From positions 1-63,155 of the forward strand of contig JAISID010000020.1 in assembly GCA_031262205.1 (NCBI GenBank): a stretch of DNA of 63,155 nucleotides. Reading direction: 5' to 3'. The translations under genes and the position numbers were made by a program. Below the pieces are notes generated by a model that saw nothing but the letters and a program-made list of their open reading frames with translations, had not been told where the DNA came from and searched no databases. Shown one piece after another: positions 56,315 to 63,155 of the stretch; positions within the stretch are counted from its first letter, which is position 1; every line of letters starts with the position of its first letter. Origin of the DNA: Holosporales bacterium (GTDB lineage Bacteria; Pseudomonadota; Alphaproteobacteria; RUG11792).

Positions 56315-57266
56315 AATTTCATTTGTAGTTAATAGATTCTGATTATCAACGAATTTCACCTTTTTCGATAGTGTCTTTTATACGAATTACCGTTTTACTG
56401 GATATCATGGGGACGATTCTGGCCATATTTATTGTTAAAAACTTTACCTCAATACATTAATGGGAATCATATCCTGACATCCCGTCAATTTCATTTATAG
56501 TTAATTCCCGTTGACAACTTTAGCGACAACTCGGTCCTATTTTTGCGCATAAATCTTGCTTACAGAGCATCAGGAGATGATATTGAATTTATTACCGTTA
56601 TGGAATGATTCTTTATAAATGGGGCAGAGAGCATTGCGAATACAGCTACTCGGACAATAATTTTGATGAAATCTCTTAAAAACAAAAAACCAGGCGGCGC
56701 CTTACTATATGCCAAAAAGATTCCTGTTAAAAAGCAACGGCTTTTTATATCAATTACATTTTCTCATAGTACAAGAATGCTATAAGAGCTTATTCCGCAA
56801 CCATATAGTTTAGCCAGTCGCCAACGTAAAACTCTTTAATTAAAAAGCCAACCTCTAGATTTTTCAAATACTCTTTTTCATATTTCTCTTGACTATCCGC
56901 ACTCTACGGAGCAGCTTGCTATATACCAAGCAAAATTTCGCTCTCTTATTAAAATGCCCAGAAATTACGGGAACCTTTTCTGCTGAGTTTCTTTTATGTA
57001 AACCGTCGTTTATATGGGATATCGAGCAGAAATTTCATTTGTCTCCCATTAAATTCTAGGATGTACGGCGAAAATTTTAAAGCACGATTTTATAAAAGAA
57101 TTGTCTTAAATATCGTTGCAAATTGCATAAATTTTGTCACGATAATTTGTTTGGTTGAAAACCCTAGTTTTGCCTATCTTATGGTTTAAATAGGAAATCA
57201 TTCCCTAACGGCCTAAGAGTTGCCTATAAGCGGCGATTCCCGAAAAGATTAAGCGTAGAGGCATTT

Positions 57267-58253
57267 TTACACAGTTTCTTGTCCGTAATTCGCTAGAAAA
57301 TGTTCGCTAAGGAATATAATTTCGCTGATGGCCGCATATTTTTGCATGGCTTTCCCTTCCCTACGTATGCCTTCTATGTTGTCAAAAACTGAGTCGAGGC
57401 CGCAACTGGTAAGATTCAGCCAAAAGGAAGCGTTAATCATTTTGCTTACCGCTCCTGATAATCCCGTTAATCCCCCAGCCAACAGGGATAACGATTTGCC
57501 TATCGTTAATAGAGTCTTTTTAGAATGTTCGCCTTTCCCTATTTGTTCCGTTAAGGTTGAGAGTCTGGTTAGCATTAGTCTGTCGCCTTCATCTAGTCTT
57601 TCGACGTCGGTATTAGCTATTACAGACGTCGCTATGTCAATCAACTTGTCTGTTTCAATTCCTGGGACGAAAGAGCTTATGTCGGATAGAGTCATTTTTG
57701 ATTTTGCTTCTGGGTTGAATTCGTTTATTAAATCAAGAATCGGTTTGCCAAAATGATTTTCAAGATATGTTCCTAGCCCCCATGAAATTCCTTTTCCAAC
57801 ATATAATCCCGTTAGTATTTCACCATAAATTGAACTCTCTGGATGAGCTATGCTAAAACATTTGATTACGCTGCAGGCCGCTCCGACTAATAATTGTATT
57901 CCAAATACTGTGTTTCCAATGAAAGCGGAATGCGTCATTCTACCGTAATACGCAGATGGATTTGGCAGATCGTATAGGTTTTCCATTGATTTTATTCCAA
58001 AGTCGAGTCGAGGATATTTGCTCTTAAATTCCTGCAATTTTTGATCAATTGCAAAACTAGGAGTTTCTTCTTCAATACAACTATGAACAATTTCTCCTAT
58101 ATTAAAAGAAGCGCGATCTTGTAAATCGGCTTGTCCTTCCGTATAAAGAGGAGGCGCGGCTATGCGGCTATCCTTTGGTGCTGAAGAGCTGCATTCACCC
58201 AAGTTTCCAAGAGCAAAGAATATTGTTAATATTAAGATTTTCATTTTCTGCAT
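57267..58253 (-). CDS. Hypothetical exported protein with internal hydrophobic, Gly-rich segments
   Basis: 328 aa. Signal-like MQKMKILILTIFFALGNLGECSS. Two hydrophobic stretches (FGIQLLVGAACSVI; LSLLAGGLTGLSGAV). No recognised family. Confidence 0.5.
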   Translation of the reverse strand: MQKMKILILTIFFALGNLGECSSSAPKDSRIAAPPLYTEGQADLQDRASFNIGEIVHSCIEEETPSFAIDQKLQEFKSKYPRLDFGIKSMENLYDLPNPSAYYGRMTHSAFIGNTVFGIQLLVGAACSVIKCFSIAHPESSIYGEILTGLYVGKGISWGLGTYLENHFGKPILDLINEFNPEAKSKMTLSDISSFVPGIETDKLIDIATSVIANTDVERLDEGDRLMLTRLSTLTEQIGKGEHSKKTLLTIGKSLSLLAGGLTGLSGAVSKMINASFWLNLTSCGLDSVFDNIEGIRREGKAMQKYAAISEIIFLSEHFLANYGQETV

Positions 58254-58316
58254 TATATTATCGCATAATTCAACTTGCGCTAAGTATTACTGTATAATAT
58301 AAAGATTAAAAAATTA

Positions 58317-59048
58317 TTAATTGAACGAGTCCAATAATCGTCTAAGCGATATGAAATCTCTAAAAGCGACGGCTTTTTGCCCAGGGGAACGTAATAAATA
58401 CGCAGGGTGAAACGTCGCGATAGTGTCAATTCCGCGATAAGCGTTTTTTCGTCCGCGAATTTTAGAAATCGAATCCGATGTGTTTAATATTGTTTTAACG
58501 GCGACTCCTCCAAGCAGCAGTAAAATCTTCGGATTTATTAGGGCTATATGTCGCTCGACATAAGGCAGGCAAAGAGAAAGCTCGTCGGTCGACGGCGTTC
58601 TATTGCCAGGCGGCCTCCAAAAAAGCACGTTGGAAATATATACCTCGGAACGCTTTAGTCCTACCGCTAACAACATATTATTTAGCAATTGGCCGCTTTG
58701 CCCAACGAACGGCTTGCCTTGTTCGTCTTCTTCTTGCCCTGGCGCTTCGCCGATTATCATTATATCGGAGTCTGGAGAACCGTCTGAGAACACGGTATTT
58801 TTCGCCATTTTTTTGAGGGGACAATCTATTTTAAGCACGGCGTTTCTTAAATCGTCTAAATTAGAAAAGTCTAGAGAATTAGGGAAAGAATAGCTCTCCT
58901 GTTTTTCTTGTTTTTGAATGCGAGGCTCCGTAGAATCGGGTTTATAGAATAAATAATCGATTCCAAACATTTTGTACCATTTGGTTAAGAAATCGATTTG
59001 TCGCAGGTCTTTTTTCATGACAAGAATTATAACGCATGCGGTCGCCAA
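58317..59048 (-). CDS. Uracil-DNA glycosylase, family 4 (start uncertain; Met27 at 58970 is possible)
   Basis: GEAPGQEEDEQGKPFVGQSGQLL and HPAYLLR motifs are typical of family-4 UDGs. Confidence 0.8.
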   Translation of the reverse strand: MATACVIILVMKKDLRQIDFLTKWYKMFGIDYLFYKPDSTEPRIQKQEKQESYSFPNSLDFSNLDDLRNAVLKIDCPLKKMAKNTVFSDGSPDSDIMIIGEAPGQEEDEQGKPFVGQSGQLLNNMLLAVGLKRSEVYISNVLFWRPPGNRTPSTDELSLCLPYVERHIALINPKILLLLGGVAVKTILNTSDSISKIRGRKNAYRGIDTIATFHPAYLLRSPGQKAVAFRDFISLRRLLDSFN

Positions 59049-59856
59049 AGTAAATTTGATGCTGAATATTATTGGGAAGACGGCCGATGGATATCATGAG
59101 ATTGAAAGCGTATTCGTTTTTTTGCCTGATATTTTCGATGTTTTAGAATTTGATACGGAACGAGAATTTGACGAGACGGCTGGAAACATTCCAGAAGTTC
59201 CCGCCTGCGACAATTCCATAAAAAAAGCGGCGAAGATATTGAGAAATAATTTTAACGAACCGCTGCCGCATGTCTCTTTAAACAAAAGTTTGCCGATTGC
59301 CGGAGGAGTAGGCGGAGGTTCGAGCGACGCCGCGTGTTTCGTTAATACGATTTTCGATATATGGGGTTTCGCTCAAGACGAGAAATTAAAATATCTCGAC
59401 GCGTTTACAGAGTTAGGGACAGACGCTCGAATATTTCTTTTTAAATATTTCACGAACAGCGACGCTTTATATTTTTGCGGAGGTTTAAAGGGAATAACGA
59501 AGCCTATCGACCTGGGCTTAAATAACTGCTATGTTCTTCTCGTGAATAACGGTAGTAAAATTTCCACAAAATTAGTTTATGAAAAGTTTAAAGAACCGTT
59601 TCTCAATAAAATAGGAAGCGAAAACATTAACTTTGATCTTCTGAAAAACTTTAGCAATTCGTTACAAAATGCGGCTGTATCGCTTGAAAATTCGTTAAAG
59701 CAAATCTTATGCGATATAGAATCTACAAAACCTATATTTTGCGGCGTTTCAGGCTCGGGGACAACGTGTTTCGGTTTTTACGATAACTTTGAAATTTTAA
59801 AATCGGCTGCCAATGCATTAAATTATAAATTTGTGAAAACAACGGGGCTTGCTTAA
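59017..59856 (+). CDS. ispE: 4-diphosphocytidyl-2-C-methyl-D-erythritol kinase (start taken at Met16 of the ORF)
   Basis: AKVNLMLNIIGKTADGYHEIESVF and the GHMP kinase loop PIAGGVGGGSSDAA. Confidence 0.85.
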   Translation: MTRIITHAVAKVNLMLNIIGKTADGYHEIESVFVFLPDIFDVLEFDTEREFDETAGNIPEVPACDNSIKKAAKILRNNFNEPLPHVSLNKSLPIAGGVGGGSSDAACFVNTIFDIWGFAQDEKLKYLDAFTELGTDARIFLFKYFTNSDALYFCGGLKGITKPIDLGLNNCYVLLVNNGSKISTKLVYEKFKEPFLNKIGSENINFDLLKNFSNSLQNAAVSLENSLKQILCDIESTKPIFCGVSGSGTTCFGFYDNFEILKSAANALNYKFVKTTGLA

Positions 59857-59890
59857 AACTGTCGAGAAAAAATTTATGCAGAAATGCAAC

Positions 59891-59902
59891 TTTTTTTTTT
59901 TT
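59891..59902. repeat. T12 homopolymer about 90 bp upstream of the outer-membrane protein gene
   Basis: Twelve consecutive T in the spacer between ispE and the OMP gene. Confidence 0.9.
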
Positions 59903-59988
59903 GATTAAAATTCAGATTGTTATTGAGAAGAAGTTATAAGCGAGAATGTATAAAATTCAAATAGGAATGTAAATTTTATGGAAGAACA

Positions 59989-60891
59989 ATGAAGATTAGT
60001 AAAGTTTTAGTTACTAGCTTATTACTCGCGCCTTTCGCTTTTGTAGCAGGGGCAGAAGGAGCAGCTTGCAACGACGGAGGAGGCTATGTTCAGTTAAACG
60101 GTGGAGTCTCAATAGGCAGAGTTAAGATCGATTCTCGCGGTAGAAAAGGGACAAAAGCTCAAACAAAAAAACTGACTGGTATGTCTAAGGCTGCTACTGC
60201 TGCTGGTACTGCTGCTGCTGCTGCTGCTGCTGCTGGTACTGCTGCTGCTGCTTTTAATACTGCTTATAACACTACTGCGTCCACCTACGCACTTATGTAC
60301 AAAGGAAAAAATGCAAGCACAAAGAAAACTAAAGGTCAGCCTACATTTGAACTCTTGTTTGGTTATGATTGGAGACTTAACGATGTTAGATTTGGAGTCG
60401 ACTTAGGTATGGGAACGAGATTGGGGAAAAATAAGCAATACTACCAAGGAAATAATCTTATATCTAAATATGTTGCTCCATTTGCAAACTACATCACTGT
60501 TAAGAATCTATGGTATGGACTTTTAAAGCTGAATGTTGGATATCATTTTACTCCAGTATTAATCGGATACGTTACCATAGGTTTAGAGGCGCATCAAACA
60601 AAGGTTAGCTCTTCGTCCGTAGACACACATAAATGGTGTAAAAATCTTAAAAAAGATACAGCCAAAAAAGTGAGATTTAACCCTACGGTAGGAGCAAAAC
60701 TTGTTTGGCAGATAGACGATTCTTGGTACTCAGCACTTGCATATGATTGGCACCTTAGAAGCAATCTAAAAGTTCCTAAGAAAATGGGTAAGAAAGCGAA
60801 TAATAATCCAACAGACCTTGTAAAAGGCAACATTAATAAAATAAAAGCTCAATATCATTCGATAACGCTTGGTGTTGGATACAGATTCTAA
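59989..60891 (+). CDS. Outer-membrane beta-barrel protein (Omp25/OmpA-like porin family) with Ala/Thr/Gly-rich insert
   Basis: Signal peptide ending AGAEGA. Alternating beta-strand pattern. The C-terminal ...ITLGVGYRF has a terminal aromatic residue typical of BAM substrates. Confidence 0.7.
   Translation: MKISKVLVTSLLLAPFAFVAGAEGAACNDGGGYVQLNGGVSIGRVKIDSRGRKGTKAQTKKLTGMSKAATAAGTAAAAAAAAGTAAAAFNTAYNTTASTYALMYKGKNASTKKTKGQPTFELLFGYDWRLNDVRFGVDLGMGTRLGKNKQYYQGNNLISKYVAPFANYITVKNLWYGLLKLNVGYHFTPVLIGYVTIGLEAHQTKVSSSSVDTHKWCKNLKKDTAKKVRFNPTVGAKLVWQIDDSWYSALAYDWHLRSNLKVPKKMGKKANNNPTDLVKGNINKIKAQYHSITLGVGYRF
60190..60249 (+). repeat. In-frame GCT-rich trinucleotide repeat (GCT/ACT/GGT units, longest pure run is 7 x GCT)
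   Basis: gctgctactgctgctggtact(gct)7ggtact(gct)4 encodes the AATAAGTAAAAAAAGTAAAA insert of the OMP. Confidence 0.9.
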
Positions 60892-60910
60892 TTATAGAAG
60901 TTAGATCTAT

Positions 60911-60952
60911 GAAACCTCTTTCTAAATTTTTCAGAAAGAGGTTTCCTTTTAT
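60911..60952 (+). terminator. Rho-independent terminator after the OMP gene
   Basis: Perfect 13-bp stem GAAACCTCTTTCT / AGAAAGAGGTTTC, a 9-nt loop, then CTTTTAT. Confidence 0.8.
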
Positions 60953-61344
60953 ACATAGAAAATCTATCTTTTCAAAATTATTTCATCATGAACAGTAAAA
61001 TAAATTTGTATTATCTTACTTGTTATTTAGCCAGGGAAATCAGAAGGATTTTCCCACTTAGGATTTCTGAAGATTCAACTTTATAAATTAAAAAGAATCA
61101 TTGCATTATACGCATTACAAACGATTTGTAATTTATGAAACATAATTAAAATCGGACTCATCCCCTCGCATGCAGTAATAATCTTAAAAGTACAATCTTA
61201 TAAATAAATTACTTAAAATGCTTATAAGGAATCGCCCCCTGATATCCTATACATTTCATTTGTAGTCTTATTTTTTGCGTACAAATCTTGTTCACAGAAC
61301 ATCGGAAGATGATTTCCATTAAAATAAGTAATCTTATAGAGTTT

Positions 61345-62580
61345 TTATTTTCTAGCAGCATTCTCTTTTATACAGAAAGCGAATACTGTAGCTACGATTG
61401 TGGTTCCGATAAAGAATAAAAACGCGCTGCGGTACATCGCGACGTTATATAAAGGATGTCCCTCTAACGTTACAAGTCCGTTTCTGAAAAAGTCTAGCAG
61501 CTTTCCTAAGAGAGGTTGAAATACAATTCCGCTCGACATAATGATAGCATTCATAAAGCCCGCCGCCGTTCCGCCAAATTCTTGAGGGACGTAACGATAA
61601 GCGATTGGGAAAGCCAATATATTCGCTCCCGTGCATACTCCTCCGGCAAATAACAATGCCAGACATGTATAGAAGTTTATAGCGTCGCTATACAACGCCG
61701 ACCAAAATAGGAAAATGCTTGCTACGCTAAATATAATAATGGTTTTTTTGTGACTGTTAATTTTTTCAGCTATCCATGCCGAAACTATGCTGCCAAGACC
61801 GAATCCTATGAATATAAATATTGACGAAACGGCGGCTTTCGCAGTCGATATTTCAAATCTCTTCTCTATAAATGGAGTAATCCAAAGTTCGGCTAAGGCG
61901 CTTAACGTGAGATACGACATAGCTCCGTAAAGGCCGACAATCCAAATTTTTGAGTTTTTTAATATTATTTTTAATCCGTCGAATACCCGAGCTTCTGTCT
62001 TTTCAGATTTGTTATTTTTCATAAACAGAAGCGCTAAGACAATCAGAAGAATACCGAAAGACGCGATTGCGTACGTGGCGTTTCGCCAGCCGATTGAATT
62101 TACCAAACAAGCGGTTGGGGTCGCTCCTAAAATTCCGCCGAAACAGCCTAAGCACATTGCTATTCCCATCAACATCGATTGTTTTTTAAGTTCGAATAAA
62201 TCCGTTATAACTTTGCTGCAACATATGAATCCTGGAGCCGAGGCTAATCCGACTAAAAATCTTCCTGCTTTAAGTTGCGTTAAAGATTCGGCCGAGCCGA
62301 AGAGAAACGTTCCTATTATTAAAAGAGCGCAACTAACTAACACTATAGTTTTGGCTCCGAGTTTATCCGTTATGATCCCATATGGAATTTGCATTATAAC
62401 ATACGGTACATACGCTATTGAAACTATGGTTCCAAGAACGGAAGAAGTAATTCCAAATTCGCTTATTAAATCGTTGGTTAGAACGCTCGGCTCGACTCTT
62501 ATAACGTAGATATAAAGATAAAACATCCAACAGATTATAAGCGATAAAATCGCAACGTTTCGTTTATCGGATTTAGACAT
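61345..62580 (-). CDS. MFS transporter
   Basis: 411 aa and about 12 TM segments. The MFS loop motif is GIITDKLGAKTIV (G-x-x-x-D-[RK]-x-G-[RK]). Confidence 0.8.
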   Translation of the reverse strand: MSKSDKRNVAILSLIICWMFYLYIYVIRVEPSVLTNDLISEFGITSSVLGTIVSIAYVPYVIMQIPYGIITDKLGAKTIVLVSCALLIIGTFLFGSAESLTQLKAGRFLVGLASAPGFICCSKVITDLFELKKQSMLMGIAMCLGCFGGILGATPTACLVNSIGWRNATYAIASFGILLIVLALLFMKNNKSEKTEARVFDGLKIILKNSKIWIVGLYGAMSYLTLSALAELWITPFIEKRFEISTAKAAVSSIFIFIGFGLGSIVSAWIAEKINSHKKTIIIFSVASIFLFWSALYSDAINFYTCLALLFAGGVCTGANILAFPIAYRYVPQEFGGTAAGFMNAIIMSSGIVFQPLLGKLLDFFRNGLVTLEGHPLYNVAMYRSAFLFFIGTTIVATVFAFCIKENAARK

Positions 62581-62974
62581 AAAAACTCGATATTGCCATA
62601 AAAACTATATTCTAGTATAAAAATTTATGAATTGTCTATAGCTATTTATTTGCCCTCTCTCGGCGTTTAACAATTAGGCGAAAGACTTACTAATCAGCCG
62701 GATTTAAAAGAGGAGATGCCTTGGGAGAAATGTTGCGTTGGCAGCGAGACGATGATTTTATATAAGAAATGCGAACGGAAAGAACGATTCGCTAATTGAA
62801 ATTGGTTAGTCGTAGATAAAATTTCTAAGACGTTAAGGAATGATTTTCTGGAAACTGCAGCATAATTATAAGCAGACTCATCCCCTAGCAGCGACTAGAT
62901 AAGCCGAGGTTTTATAAATAAACCGCCGCAATGATGTTTTCCAATACGGCTAGCTTATTGGCTCGGTTAGCTCG

Positions 62975-63155
62975 CCTCTCCAGAATACTGACGTTAACGG
63001 TAAGAAACTAGACCTATAAGACAGAAAAGCCCCCCGATAATATTTATCTTTTGGAACGAGAGAAACGAGACCGATTTATAAAGCGACTTGTCAAGGGCGT
63101 GAGAGCCGAGCAAAGCGAAGCGTCCCTTGACAACCGACGCGTAGTAAATCGGTAT
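62975..63155 (-). repeat. Nested-palindrome dispersed repeat, copy 6 (orientation B, truncated by window end)
   Basis: Aligns with copies 4 and 5 up to the window edge. Confidence 0.85.

Noticed and set aside
56780-56900. Start-less minus-strand frame ...QEKYEKEYLKNLEVGFLIKEFYVGDWLNYMVAE ending at a stop
   Set aside because: It is a probable C-terminal relic of a lost gene in the 1.17-kb spacer. It is too short and unidentifiable.

Overview
This is a low-GC bacterial chromosome segment with about 55 protein genes, one tRNA and one tmRNA. There are no rRNA genes, CRISPR arrays, transposases or integrases. The tmRNA is circularly permuted (two-piece), which points to Alphaproteobacteria. Many orphan Sec-exported proteins, a eukaryote-like LRR protein and repeat-laden spacers suggest an intracellular, Rickettsiales/Holosporales-like lifestyle; this is inference only.

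The housekeeping backbone comprises pyrG (partial), spoT, lpxB, rimM-rpsP, holC-nusB, rph, serS, mrcA, potAB, sspB, xseA/xseB, uppP, gltX, prs, tilS, radC, dprA, comF, metG, pdhAB, rfbA, lolD, guaC, ispE and a family-4 UDG.

Items worth a second look:
- A translationally coupled pair of exported orphan proteins sits on the 3' side of tRNA-Val. The second protein carries an HxE...CxxC deaminase-like signature.
- An orphan PAAR-like DUF4280 gene overlaps the end of gltX.
- A degraded AAA/DUF4143 ATPase gene is interrupted by about 1.45 kb carrying small exported coiled-coil genes.
- Six copies of a roughly 218-bp nested-palindrome repeat are present, plus several families of short modules ending in GGAATCATCCCC. 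Together these fill nearly every long spacer.
- Two AT-rich loci with a near-identical 24-26 bp palindrome and TAAAGTA motif clusters bracket comF and an orphan lipoprotein secretin.
- An 89-nt perfect four-way-junction (cloverleaf) element lies downstream of uppP.

All functional calls come from reading the translations by eye. No database search was run.
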